Below, in pieces: positions 25,253 through 38,880 of a stretch of 64,000 nucleotides of DNA (positions are counted from its first letter, which is position 1; every line of letters starts with the position of its first letter). Both the position numbers and the translations under genes were made by a program. Source of the DNA: Dicyema japonicum (taxonomy: Eukaryota > Animalia > Dicyemida); NCBI GenBank assembly GCA_011109175.1, contig RDEW01000001.1, positions 476,678 to 540,677 on the forward strand, given 5' to 3'. Below the pieces are notes generated by a model. It saw only the letters and a program-made list of their open reading frames with translations, made no database searches and was not told where the DNA came from.

Positions 25253-25488
25253 TAAAATATTCCATCACATCACGATACCTAATCTAGATACAACTACCAT
25301 TAAATTTTAATTAAAAAATAAATAATACTTAAATTTTCAGATTTTATATTAATTTTATTTAAATTAATAATATTTTTGTTGGTTAACCTAAAAATAAATA
25401 GCTTTTCAAACATGGTTTAATAGGCCGGTTATTTGTCACTGATAATCAGAATTATTTACTGTTTTTGTTGTAATAAAAATGCTCAGTG

Positions 25489-26300
25489 ATTCCAGCGAGT
25501 AAGCATATGATGATTTATAACAATATTTTATTAAAAATATTTAAAATGTGAATAAACATGATTTTAGTTCAATTCAGCAGCCAATAAGAGAACTTTCAAT
25601 CTTCGAACAGTACACAATCGACTTTAATTCTATTTTTGGAGGTAATTTAACTTAGATTTAGTTTATATTTTGTTTCTCAATCTAAACTTACATAGATAAA
25701 CGTTTATCGGAAAAAAATGATGAAAAATTGGACCAGTCTTATCAAAACTTAAACAAAACTATAATGATGTTATTGGAATCTAAGCCGGAGGTATGATCGC
25801 GTACCAATTAAATATGCTTATTAGTACTGTGCTGTTCATTTCCGGTTAATTATAATCCGATTTTCTTTACTTTATCAACTTACAATTATGGTAGAAATTT
25901 GATGGAAATCAATATTCAGATCAGAATTGTTCTAATACTCACGTTTCCAATGATAGTGACGTCATTGATGACGATATTGTACCTCGTATTCTCCCTTTGT
26001 AATTCTTTTGCCTGATGTGATAGATACAGCTATATACATTTGGAGTTTTCGGTCTACTGCGTTAGTTCGACACTCAAAAGAAGACATTCACATTCTTCCT
26101 CACAAAAGAATAGGTCCAATTCTAAGTCTTCGGTATTACCTTTCTCCCACTAATAGCTAAAAGGTCAAATCCCCAAAACAGAATCTTTGAAGAATAATAG
26201 AATGCTGGGAAAATGCCGAAAAGTCTATGGAGTAGGGAGAAGGGATGCCTGGTGTAATCAGTGCAAGTGGAAGAAGGCGTGCTCACGTTTTGATCAATAA
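25489..26300 (+). CDS. Small protein ending in an HDBP/GLUT4EF-type C-clamp (SLC2A4RG/ZNF395/ZNF704 CR3-like); multi-intron
   Basis: Last exon (26157-26300) encodes [28 protein letters not shown], after a 24-nt GT-AG intron (26133-56). Upstream exons and start codon are tentative. Confidence 0.72.
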
Positions 26301-26786
26301 TATTATTTTACAAAAATATTTAGATTTAATTATTTTACAAGATTAAGTGTAATATTGTATTAAAGTTAGTTAAATCGGATTAATGCGTACTATTTGTTCT
26401 AATTACATTGATTACGTCAAACCAATGATGAATTCTTTTATCGATTAATAATGAAACTATAAGAAAATTAACTCTTTTTAGCAGCACCGAATATACCCCA
26501 TGAACTTAAATACGCCTCTAATGTTCAAGTAATGTCTTAAGGGATTCATAAACTTGACCACCAAATCTAAAATCAAATTTTCATTTTTGGATTAACAAAT
26601 TTTTGGAATTCAGCATATTTCTTAGACGAGTAAGCCAAGTGGGTAATTATTAGAATATTGAGGTGTGACGTACATCATTTCTTTTGTTTTTATTTTTTCG
26701 TAGGTAACGTCAGAAATATTGTAGAAACCTTATTCAGGGGATGAAAATATGTAAAATTGTAAGATTATTGAAAATTAGTAAAATGG

Positions 26787-27116
26787 CAACACAGAAAACG
26801 TCACCCTGACCGAACACAGTAAGGATTGGCAGATTAATAACTTTTTCTTTATACTGTGGGTACAGGCTCCGTTGTTGGTTGGTGGAGTGATCTCTCTGGT
26901 TAATTCCGATAACGGACGAGACTAAACCTACCTACTAGTTGTTCAACTTCTTAGAGAGATCAGTGTTTAAAACACTTGAATGTGAGCAATAACAGGTCTG
27001 TGATTGCCCTTTGACGTTCGGGGCTGCACGCAGCTAAGAAAGCATTAGATGTCTTGTTTGGAAAAGTAAGCTAAACCTTAAAATTTTTTTGTGACGGGAA
27101 TCAAGGCTTGTAATTT
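26787..27116 (+). pseudogene. 18S rRNA: 18S rRNA 3'-region fragment (isolated, degenerate)
   Basis: Universal motifs TTGGTGGAGTGAT..CTGGTTAATTCCGATAAC.GACGAGAC, AACTTCTTAGAG, GAGCAATAACAGGTCTGTGAT, GGGGCTGCACGC. Several substitutions; no 5' part. Confidence 0.85.
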
Positions 27117-27339
27117 CACGCGACTTGTTGTGGTATTGAAAAAGATTAACTCTACGTAATCCTTCTGAACAAATATATGAGTTAATTTCAAACGTGACAC
27201 ACGAAGACTTCTGATCAGGATTCCCAAAGATGGCCGTTTATCTGTCGCGAACTGTCTATACGAGTGTATTGAAGGGCAGTCTCTTCGGCCGACTCTAAGG
27301 ATTGGGTAAGATTATTTTACTTCGCTCCAAACACAAAAT

Positions 27340-28380
27340 GCATACTCAATAAGAGGGGGAAAGAAGAGAAATCACTCAAGTCAATAGTAAAAGAAAATAT
27401 CCACACATTATCCACTAAGAACTTATTTGTTGACTCTTAATGCACAGGTACAGATTCCAAAACTATGAGAAGCAAACATCGATTGTCTCGGACAAACAAA
27501 GATTACGAAATGCAATACGTCGAAAGCTTTCTGTAGATGGAATCTGTGCGGCCGTACACTTACTATAGTGAAACAGGACTTGTTGATATTGACCCGGATA
27601 TATGAAATTTAAATATGAGGATCTCAGATATGAGAGATTTAATAAAAGTTGAACTACTCAAGCTTTTATATCTACTCCGATGTTCACCCTGCTACGAACA
27701 ATACGACACTCTACTTTCAATATACAAATCTCTCAAGCAAACTGTTGAGTCACTAATTAACGTCCGCTTCGACGAACTTGGTTGGAAACAATGTAAGCTT
27801 CCCTCTGGATTTGTGGTGTCGGTCTGAGATCGGCGCTGGAGGTTGCGTACCCGACATATCTATCGTCTCTCTCAAGCTGCAGCCATTTGACACGGCAAGT
27901 CCTTCATAACACTATTGGACTTCGCTGGAATGAGTCATTTGACGAAGCTTGTAGGAAATTGAACGGGTCCGGACTCAAAATCCCCGAAGACACAACAAAG
28001 AAAAGTAATTGGGATAACATTGTCTGCTCCAAAATTTTGGAAGACCTTAAAAAAGAAGCAAATCAACATCGTCTGGCTTGTTTGGTGTCAGCTTCAAGTA
28101 GAGGGAGTGGAACATGGCTTGGTGCAATACCTTGCCCAAACCTCAGGACCTTTCTGGACGACGATTCTTTGAGGATTGGAATCTGAGAAAGGCTGGGACT
28201 AGACGTTTGCCAGGAGCACCGATGCCGATGCGGGAAAACAGTCGATGCGAAGGGATTGCACCCGCTGTCCTGCAGAAGAAGCGCCGGAAGGGGACCACGT
28301 CATGCTGCTCTGAACGATGTGATCGTCAGAACTCTGAAGGCTACAGTCTTCTCAGCACAGCTTGAACCAGTTTTGAGGTC
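27340..28380 (+). mobile_element. CRE-like element with a large internal deletion
   Basis: YLLRCSPC, WKQCKLP, HRLACLVSASSRGSGTWL, DDDSLRIG, CRCG. Confidence 0.85.
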
Positions 28381-28384
28381 ACTC

Positions 28385-28870
28385 GACGAAAAACCAAGCC
28401 AACAGCAATAAGGCGAACTCCCCCCTCTTATCGAATGCGATTAACTTTGCGGAGAACATGACGTGTCGAATTGCTTCTGGAAAGCATCCTGTTGATTAGT
28501 TTGGTGATAGCTAACACAAGCCGGACGCCAGAGTTGCTCGTTTTTTGAGCAATGAAGTCTTTGAAGTGTCCCGGGCGGAGCCCATCTAGTCCTCAAGTGC
28601 TGTTCGCGAAAAAAGAGAGAATTACATTTTTACGTCCTCTTCAGAAACAAGTAGATTTGGTAATTGTCCAAGGCAAGGTGAGATCTGCTAGTCATTTGGA
28701 GGACTAGGGTTTCACTCAACGAGCCGCGTAGAAGTGTTCGGATAATTCTGATCTGCAAGAATCTTTACGGCCGCACAGATTCCATCTACAGAAAGCTTTC
28801 GAGTTATTGCATTTCGTAATCTTTGTTTGTTCGAGACAATCGATGTTTGTTTCTCATAGTTTTAAACAAC
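28385..28870 (-). mobile_element. CRE-like 5'/RT fragment, inverted relative to its neighbour
   Basis: GLDGLRPGHFKD and FSAKLIAF. 28765-28862 is an inverted near-copy of 27459-27555. Confidence 0.8.
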
Positions 28871-28999
28871 TATAACCAATCCCACCGATTTCTTTGTGTC
28901 TTCCTAACCATGCGCTGACTTACTTCAACTTTTTCCAATGAAAAATGTATTTTAATGCTTATCATCCTGCATGGTTTTCCTTCAAGAAACCTAATTAAC

Positions 29000-29870
29000 A
29001 TGGAATGCAAATTCTGCATGGAGGACTTAGTTATTCTGAATAATCATGTTCTCATACTCGTTGTGCTCTACGTTTAGATCATCCTAATACTTCCCCTGGT
29101 ATTTCCCTCTGTTCTCAAAGTATCGCTCTCGACGCTCAATGGGATGTCCTTTATGATCTCCCAACTAACCACAACCCGAATTACTTCAACCATCAACCTA
29201 CGAAGAGGGGGATCACAAAGACGAATATAAACTATAAACTTAGAAAGTGAAATTCTTACAGAAACGAGTGTATTCAAAGACTTTTTTGTGCTTTTTTCCG
29301 TTCTTTTGATTCTGCTGTCGAGTTCTTCACAAAATGTACTGTAATTGCTGCAGACAAAAATTTTATTCCTCGTGGTTTCATAGCTAATAGCGGCCTAATA
29401 TTTCCTCCTGAATTTATTAATATTTTTAAAGAACGCAGGAAAATCGAATATCTCATGCCGTTTGAAATTATGGTTTCCTTGGTCGTTCGTTTATCATGTC
29501 AAACTACTCTCATACCGATACCTTCCAGACGTCGTTCCTCAAGGTTCGGTACTATCTCCAACCTTGTTTAATTTTCATATAGCAAGCTTGTTTAATTCTC
29601 AACAAACCAGGACACACATCTTTCTTATGCCAATGATATCATAACTGTCTCTCGCCACCGCGACGTAACCGTTGCTTTCATGGTCCTGCAAAACATATGT
29701 GACAAAATTTATTTTTGAATATACCAAAATCCCCTCACCCCTTCAAACAAAAAGTCACCAATAACGCTTTTCACTACAGACCGTCGTCAATTCAGCTTGA
29801 AACCAACGTTATTTATGAACAACGTTCTCCTTTCTGTGGTTAAAAACTCTGAAATTGTGGGATATATACT
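29000..29870 (+). mobile_element. Ingi/Vingi-like LINE fragment (APE end joined to RT)
   Basis: WDVLYDLPT.HNP, then VPQGSVLSPTLFNF, a YAND variant of YADD, and LFTTDRR. Confidence 0.7.
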
Positions 29871-30113
29871 ATGGAGAGATTGTAGGATATACAGTGGAGT
29901 AAAGGTTGTATTTTAATCTAAATCTTTTAAAGTTTGACGATCAAGGTCGGGATCAATAAATTTTTCGAATCGTAAACTTAAAAGTGAAAAAAATCTTAAG
30001 AAATTAAGAGTTGCTAATTCTTGAAAATCTAAAAAAGTGACTAATTCCTAAATTTTTAGTAAAATTAAAAAAAATCAAATTTGTGTACGATCTGAAAGTC
30101 TTTTACTTTTTAC

Positions 30114-30340
30114 GTGAAGGAATTCTGGGACGCCTGTCTCAGCGATGTACTTCCTACATGTTGGAAAGAGGGGGTTGATAACTTAATATGTACCCTCAGG
30201 GTTAACATGAAACGTATTTTAGCATCCTATTGCACTCTATATAAACTTATCGGTGATCCTGCCGAGTTGAGTTTACACTTTAATCAAAAGAACGAACGGT
30301 GTAACATAAATCAACTTTGCGAAATACAGATGGGTTAAAT
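30114..30340 (+). mobile_element. Possible RT fragment
   Basis: PTCWKEG...TLYKL...QMG resembles early RT motifs. Weak. Confidence 0.3.
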
Positions 30341-30829
30341 AGAACCCTCAATGATCCATCCTTTTCTTTACAGCAAATATGCGAGAAATATGTATTAACG
30401 GAAATTTACGGTAAAAACCAAGACACTAGCAAAAATTAATTAGAGTAATTTAGATTTTCGAGAAGATAGTAAATTCGTTAATTATCTATGTTTTTCGTGT
30501 TATCAGACAAAAAATGACAGTGGCAGTGTGATAGTCAAATCCACAGCTAAATAAGGTGAATGACAGTATATCAACTACGTTATCTGGTCCTAATTGAAGT
30601 ATAATAATGTAGTTTCTACAATCTTTGATGGGGGCTACCCATGGTTCTAATTAATGGAGACATAAGAATTTGCATAGTTTTAAAACTTTTAAGTGGTACA
30701 TCCAGGAAAGAAAAAGAAATTGAGTTATCTTTTATAGAACTTACAATCTGCCTGTAAAAAATTTTTGTTTCCAAAGATAATTGATTTCAAATTTCTTCAA
30801 ACATAAAAGCCGCTTGTTGTCCATTGCTG

Positions 30830-31370
30830 CACAACCGTTTCACCACGGAATCGAGACTCAATCCGAGGCAGGAAAATAAGATTGAGTTGACAAAAGCACG
30901 GCAGCTTGCGAGGGACGACAGGTAGCATGGAGTGACCAAATGGCAGAAGAAATCACACCAAACCTTATAGGAAGCTTTTTTTGGGACCAGCCAGTGCTGT
31001 AAAATCTGATATTGAGGATTTCTTCAGTCATCTGATGAGATCTTCCAGAGTTTAAAGTCTTTCTTGCATGAGTCGGAACGAGACATGAGTCGGAAAGAGT
31101 AGACCTTTCTCCTCATAAACTTTTCCACCCAGGACAAGAATAGAAGTCATCCAAGGAGAACCGTACCTCGCATCAGAAAAGAAGGACTCAGGCTTTTTCG
31201 ACAATAGAAAACTCGTCTGGCTTGAAAGCTAACATTTATGATTTCTCTTCCGCATATTAACTTGCAGATCGAGTTCTCACAACGGGAATAGCGATTTCCA
31301 GAGAGTCGATAATCGAGGCATCTCCACCAATCGTTCCGTCGTCGGCGTACCAAATATTAAGAGAGGCCGA
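30830..31370 (-). mobile_element. CRE-like RT fragment
   Basis: LNIWYADDG and YLSSLASCRAFVN. Confidence 0.65.
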
Positions 31371-31496
31371 TATCTTTTGAATAAAGTGGTAAATGGAGTG
31401 TATTAAGTTGTTTAACACCAAGCAGATTCGACAATGTGATCTCCAAAGACAAGGGAACTCTCAAATCCAAATTTATTAATGAATTTAGTTAATTAT

Positions 31497-33550
31497 TTAT
31501 TCTATTATTGTTGATATGTCAAGATCACTCAAAGTCGATAAATTTGTTTTGTATTTATTTCTATTGAATTTTTCTAAATTTCGCTGTCCAAACTCAATGC
31601 TATAGTGCCTTCTCACTTTCTAATAATAAATCACAAGCAAACCGGCCCTTTTATTTTATTTCTGAGGAGGATTTTGTATTTAAGGTTATCCTCCTCATTT
31701 TCCTCCATTTCAATTACCTCCCTATTCCTATTGTGAATCATAAAATATGCTTTTTTATGTTGTATCTACCAATATTGTCAATTCGAGAATTTTTCAAATA
31801 TATGACTGCGTCCTGTAGGTCCATCCTGTAGTTGGTCTTGAAGAGATATTTCTCACGTGTCAAGGGAGCCTCTCGTTGGAAGTAAGGAGCAATGTAATAG
31901 TAGTTGATGAACTCAAATCTGCAGTAAATGATATTTATACTTGTCCTTTAAATAGTTATTCCCCTTCTCCCCCGTGATTCCCTCAATGGCAGCCATCATG
32001 TGATCAGTCACTCTCAAATTGAGCTCCTCAAACATTGACATGGTCATTTCCTTACGTTTAACCACGTGGAGAAAGTTAACCAGAGGTTTTATGGTGATCC
32101 CCTGAACTGAATACAACTCCAACCTGTAAAAAGACGGTAAAGTAAATGAGACATAGCGTAGCACTAAGCATTGAGCGTTTGCTGACTATAATGTCTTCAT
32201 TGAGGAGTGAGACGAGACTGAAGGCCACAGCACCTCGGAGTCCTCCATAGGCCATAATGAACTGCTCATTAACTTTGATTTTGGAGACTCTAAAGTGGTT
32301 AATGATCATAGTGAGGATGATCACCCCCAGAGACCGATACAGGAGGCAGAAGACAATCACAAAGACAATAAAGTAAGCGTCCCACTGAAGAGTTTCATTG
32401 GCAGTGGAAATCCCCAGGAAGACGAAAATGATGGTTTCTGAGAGATTGCTCAGGACTTTACTGAAATATTTAACAGTGACCAGGGAAGTCTCAGCAATAT
32501 TCTCATTAACGTGTATTTTCATAGTCATGGCAGCAAAGACAATCCTAATAATTAAAATTGTCAATTTACGCTAAAATCCCAGAAAGACGGATTGTATCTG
32601 CCAGGAGGTAGCACAGATATGGGAGAAGGATCACTATAACTGGTTCGATTATCAATATCTTTGAGGTATATTTAGTGAGGAAGGCAGTGAGCATCCCAAA
32701 GATTACTCCAAACACAATTCCGAATATACTGGTCGTAAAGAACGAACCAATTCCGCTGATAATGTCAACGGCAATGATTTTTTTGATCACAGTAAAGTCA
32801 TTGAATATGTTATAGAGCACCTGAATTGGTATTAAACGCAGAAAACCACGGAAATTGCGTCATTTAGAAGAGATTCTCCAAATACAATAATGTAGAGGTC
32901 CTCGTTAACGTGGACTTCCTCAAAAATTGCTAAAACCGCGACGGGGTCCACAGCGGAGATGATTGAGCCAAACAGAAAGGCGTCAAGGAATGGAAGAGGG
33001 TATTTGAATAGTCCAAGCTTATATATCCCATAGAGAGATCCCCCTGAGGATGTTGATAGAGGACAAACCAATTGTAAAAGCGTTGAACAGAGTAGCGATG
33101 ATGGCGTAGGTTAGAATAGTTCCAATATTACGGAAAACGCGTCAACCGCATAAAAAAACCCGGCATCGAAGGCAATAGCTGGGAGAAGAAAAAGAAAAAA
33201 CGTATCAGCGCTGAAAATGTGATGAATCCCCACTTCAGCATTTTTAGACAAGAGAAAGAAGAGTCCAATAATGAGGCCAAGGATGAGGAGGAGGGAACTC
33301 TCAGGGACTGCATTTGGCAGTTTGGGGATAATGTGGAATACTAAATTATTAATATTGGTTAATTGAATGATAATTGTCAATCAAAGTACCTATTCTGGCC
33401 ATACTAGTGACGAATATCCAAATCCCAATTATAAATGTCACTGATTTCTGAAAAATTCCAGTGGAAGATTTGAAATCGTTTGTCGGTGTCATCATTGGTA
33501 CAAATTATTGCAGAAAAGAGAACATTTGCAATTAACACTATTATTAACAT
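31497..33550 (-). CDS. SLC9A: Na+/H+ exchanger (SLC9A, NHE1-5-like) with short introns; a few 1-2 nt frame errors near the 5' end are probably assembly errors
   Basis: [82 protein letters not shown] introns mostly 20-26 nt. Confidence 0.95.
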
Positions 33551-36500
33551 TAAGTTAAATATGAATTTATTAATTTTATTATCAATAATACATTTTTTAA
33601 TTTAATAATAAATTAATAATTTATTAATTAAAGAGTCAAAAATTATTTATTTTATTCGCCCATCTAACTCAATATTATCTTTTGTGTCCAACCTCTATGG
33701 CCTGTATAGGTTGTTCACGTCGCTGCACACCCACACTCAGAGACTACCCTAGATTGACATTCCATGCTGTCGTCCTTCTAATTATGCATCGATACTCCAT
33801 GTCTCTCCTCAGCTTGCAATAAATTAATAATATTTTATATCATTTTTAATTCATAAAATATTTTTTAGATGTTTTGTCTATTAAAGTTTATTTTAACATT
33901 GAAGACACTAATAAATTTGAATCAGCTTCCATGACAATAAAAAATAATCTATACATTTTGTTAGTGATCATTAATTCCATATATTGACCTAAAATACCCG
34001 AAGCTTTATAATGCATGAAAATCGATAAAAAACTATTTAAGTGACACCATTTAATGTTAACCTACTATTTCGTTATCTTCTACTGTTGATCGGAACTTCC
34101 TTAGCGAGTTTGTCAAACAACTCGATCTGGGTATCATTCACTTCATGAGATTCCCAAGGGATATCCTATGACCAACTTCACGTTGACTTCTCTGAAGGAA
34201 GAAAGTCTATGAGATTATATGCGTAAAGTTTTCTGGTGGATGTAGGGAAGCAGATTAAAACAAGCAAAGACTTGTATCCCAAAAATAAGTGTAACCCTAG
34301 CTTTAATGACCATCATCATAATTTGTTTTCACAGCATGTCTATAATTGTATTAGATTCAATATATTACAATCAATAATAAAATTTACGTTGGTAATCACG
34401 CCTTACGGCTTCTTCCCGACCGATCTCTCCCTCAGCAATCTTTTCCATTACTGCAAAGAACCAGGAAATCTATTGGGCATAGGAATACCGATCATTCCTA
34501 AGTGGACAATCAGATCAAGTCATTGTAGGCATTCACAAAGGTTGGACGTATTAAGATAAGTGAGTTGTAGTGATTATTGAAAACTAGACTCATTTAATCA
34601 ATAACAATCACACATTCGGAAAGAATTTATTTCGAACAAATCAATTATAACATTTTGATTTATTCATGAGATTTTGATATCCACTCCAAGAAGACATCCA
34701 TTCCAATTTCTAAAGTCTCCTAGAATGCTCCACCAGCGATCACTCCACTTTCTGGAAGTGCCCCTGCGACTTTCAGCAATATAACTTAACTGAGGTGTCC
34801 TTCTTCAGAGCTGATCTGTCTTCTTTAGAACGAACGATCATGTTTCCAAATGGGTTTCCGGGATTTTTTTGACTTTCCTTAAAGTAGTGGTGCAAATGGA
34901 CACACATTCAAAAAAGATTAAGTAAGGTTTTTAGTTGGATTGAGTCAATTTTCTCGATCCTCGAAAAGAAAAAGGCAAACCCCAGGCGTAGCCTTGGTGT
35001 GACGTGTTTAACTCATCAAAGAAAACTACTCTCCAGAGCACAATGAGACATTTGAAGGAGCTATACGGGGATGTGGTTTTCATATTTTTGTAATGAATAA
35101 AATTATCCGGCAGAAAGTGTCTACACCACATACAGTAAGAATACTCATAACCGCAAATTTTAGGAATTCGAATAAAACTGGTGGTTAGGAGAGTTGGCGG
35201 TTAGGAGTAATAAATAAAAATTTATTTTTGATAAACCAATTATCAAGTGTGTGTTGTTGACCTAATTTTTTCTTAGACGCTTTTGAAATTTAATTAAACC
35301 CCTCCATACCATTTAAATCAAACAATTAAGGCTGTTTAAATGATTTTTCAGTACATGAAAAGTCGAATGACATTCTGAGTTACCACATTAATATTATCTG
35401 TCTCTTCAACCTTTCCTATAAGATTTAATGAATTATCAAGTACTTTAGATCACTTTAAATTCATTGGTTCAGTCAATTCAGCCGTTTCTATTTCATTTTT
35501 TTGCTAAAAGAATATCTTCTTTCCTAAATTCGATATTCAAAAAATCCTCTCCTAAAATGTGATTTAATCTGTTCATTATTAATGGGTCCATTTCTTTATG
35601 TGACATGATTAAACATAATGGTGCTTGACAGATTTCTTTCTAACAAAAGCTCAAATGTATTATGGTTTCTTTAATATTCAGATTTTGGTATTCTTCAAAT
35701 GTGGCCCGAATCAATAATTCATTTATATCATCTACTTATCTCATTGTAAACTGTGTTCAACCAATTTAATTTTTTTATGAATTTTATTATTTTAAATATT
35801 AATAAANCGCGTCAACCGGCATAAAAAACCCGGCATCGAAGGCAATAGCTGGGAGAAGAAAAAGAAAAAACGTATCAGCGCTGAAAATGTGATGAATCCC
35901 CACTTCAGCATTTTTAGACAAGAGAAAGAAGAGTCCAATAATGAGGCCAAGGATGAGAAGGAGGGAACTCTCAGGGACAGCATTTGGCAGTTTGGGGATA
36001 ATGTGGAATACTAAATTATTAAATATTGGTTAATTGAATGATAATTGTCAATCAAAGTACCTATTCTGGCCATACTAGTGACGAATATCCAAATCCCAAT
36101 TATAAATATGTCACTGATTTCTGAAAAATTCAGTGGAAGATTTGAAATCGTTTGTCTGTGTCATCATTGGTACAAATTATTGCAGAAAGAGAACATTTGC
36201 AATTAACACTATTATTAACATTAAGTTAAATATGAATTTATTAATTTTATTATCAATAATACATTTTTTTAATTTAATAATAAATTAATAATTTATTAAT
36301 TAAAGAGTCAAAAATTATTTATTTTATTCGCCCATCTAACTCAATATTATCTTCTTGTGTCAACCTCTATGGCCTGTATAGGTTGTTCACGTCGCTGCAC
36401 ACCCCACACTCAGAGACTACCCTAGATTGACATTCCATGCTGTCGTCCTTCTAATTATGCATTGATACTCCATGTCTCTCCTCAGCTTGCAATAAATTAA

Positions 36501-38213
36501 TAATATTTTATATCATTTTTAATTCATTTTTAATTCATATAATTTAATAAAATATTTTTTTTAGATGTTTTGTCTATTAAAGTTTATTTTAACATTGAAG
36601 ACACTAATAAATTTGAATCAGCTTCCATGACAATAAAAAAATAATCTATACATTTTGTTAGTGATCATTAATTCCATATATTGACCTAAAATACCCCGAA
36701 GCTTTATAATGCATGAAAATCGATAAAAAACTATTTAAGTGACACCATTTAATGTTACCTACTATTTCGTTATCTTCTACTGTTGTGATCGGAACTTCCT
36801 TAGCGAGTTTATCAGACAACTCGATCTGGGTATCATTCACTTCATGAGATTCCCAAGGGATATCCTATGACCAACTTCACGTTGACTTCTCTGAAGGAAG
36901 AAGTCTATGAGATTATATGCGTAAAGTTTTCTGGTGGATGTAGGGAAGCAGATTAAAACAAGCAAAGACTTGTATCCCAAAAATAAGTGTAACCCTAGCT
37001 TAATGACCCATCATCATAATTTGTTTTCACAGCATGTCTATAATTGTATTAGATTCAATATATTACAATCAATAATAAAATTTATGTTGGTAATCACGCC
37101 TTACGGCTTCTTCCGACCGATCTCTCCTCAGCAATCTTTTCCATTACTGCAAAGAACCAGGAAATCTATTGGGCATAGGAATACCGATCATTCCTAAGTG
37201 GACAATCAGATCAAGTCATTGTAGGCATTCACAAAGGTTGGACGTATTAAAATAAGCGAGTTGTAGTGATTATTGAAAACTAGACTCATTTAATCAATAA
37301 CAATCACACATTCGGAAAGAATTTATTTCGAACAAATCAATTATAACATTTTGATTTATTCATGAGATTTTGATATCCACTCCAAGAAAACATCCACTCC
37401 AATTTCTAAAGTCTACCCCCAGGCGTAGCCTTGGTGTGACGTGTTTAACTCATCAAAGAAAAACTACTCCCCAGAGCACAATGAGACATTTGAAGGAGCT
37501 ATACGGGGATGTGGTTTTCATATTTTTGTAATGAATAAAATTATCCGGCAGAAAGTGTCTACACCACATACAGTAAGACTCCTCATAACCGCAAATTTTA
37601 GGAATTCGAATAAAACTGGTGGTTAGGAGGAGTTGGCGGTTAGGAGTAATAAAAAAAATTTATTTTTGATAAACCAATTATCAAGTGTGTGTTGTTGACC
37701 TAATTTTTTCTTAAACGCTTTTGAAATTTAATTAAACCCCTCCATACCATTTAAATTAAACAATTAAGGCTGTTTAAATGATTTTTCAGTACATGAAAAG
37801 TCGAATGACATTCTGAGTTACCACATTAATATTGTCTGTCTCTTCAACCTTTCCTATAAGATTTAATGAATTATCAAGTACTTAAGATCACTTTAAATTC
37901 ATTGGTTTAGTCAATTCAGCCGTTTCTATTTCATTTTTTGCTAAAAGAATATCTTCTTTCCTAAATTCGATATTCAAAAAATCCTCTCCTAAAATGTGAT
38001 TTAATCTGTTCATTATTAATGGGTCCATTTCTTTATGTGACATGATTAAACATAATGGTGCTTGACAGATTTTTTCCAAAAAAAAGCTCAAATGTATTAT
38101 GGTTTCTTTAATATTCAGATTTTGGTATTCTTCAAATGTGGATTCAATAATTCATTTATATCATCTACTTATCTCATGGTAAACTGTGTTCAACCAATTT
38201 AATTTTTTTTATG
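33138..38213. repeat. ~2.6 kb direct duplication (33138-35780 vs 35808-38213) joined at n35807; probably uncollapsed haplotypes
   Basis: Near-identical sequence with scattered SNPs and indels, plus a ~260-bp segment (34719-34978) missing from copy 2. Confidence 0.9.
35808..36221 (-). pseudogene. SLC9A: Duplicate 5' exons of the NHE gene (probably an assembly or allelic copy)
   Basis: Same sequence as 33138-33550. Restores the ISDIFIIGIW frame that is broken in copy 1 but carries other indels. Confidence 0.75.
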
Positions 38214-38239
38214 AAAGAAATTTTATTATAAAATGAATA

Positions 38240-38320
38240 AAAATTAAATTAAGGCATCTGAATGGCCATGCTATTTCTCCTAACAATAGCCAACGAGATA
38301 CGTTCTTTAATTATTCCGTA
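38240..38320 (-). mobile_element. Tiny CRE-like 3' remnant
   Basis: IKERISLAIVRRNSMAI resembles LIERISLQIVRGNALSI. Confidence 0.5.
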
Positions 38321-38789
38321 GTCTAACAATTGCAATAAACTTACTACATTTGGTGGTAAATAAATTAGCTCGATGTTTTTTAAATAAATTTTAATGAACT
38401 ATTTTTTTAAAGTTGGTGGTAAAGAAAACTGGCAATTAGGAGGAGTTTGTCATATATTTGGGGATTTTTTGTAAAATTTGGAGGTTAGGAGGGTTTTACT
38501 TTGACATTATTGACTTTTTGACTTTATAGCTTTTTATTTATACATTAAAAACTACATTTTTGGAAAGATATTGAGGATGATCGAGTAGAGAAGACCTAGA
38601 TAATTCTAAAATGAAACTAGATGAAGTAGATACTACTCGCAAAATTGCATAAGAAAGCAACTCACTAAAAATTGCCCATAGTGCTGCACTAGAACGAGAA
38701 GATCATATCTCTTTTAGTTGTGCACATGCATAATAATAGTTTTTTCTACAGGATTAGACAGACGGGAGAAGGTGTCTTATACACTCAAA

Positions 38790-38880
38790 CACTTTTGTTA
38801 TCCAGTTATGCATGACAAAAGTGGAATCTCAAATTAATTAACTTTTTTGGTTCCACGGACATTGCTATCAATAGTATTAA
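38790..38880 (+). mobile_element. Tiny RTE-like 3' end
   Basis: CATG.CA.AAGTGGAATCTCAAATT..TTAACTTTT.TGGTTC..CGGACATTGCTA is shared with 47910-47970. Confidence 0.55.

Noticed and set aside
27120-27320. ITS1, 5.8S and 28S start after the 18S fragment
   Set aside because: Only short resemblances (CGCGAACTG, ATTGAAGGGCA). Too weak to call by eye.
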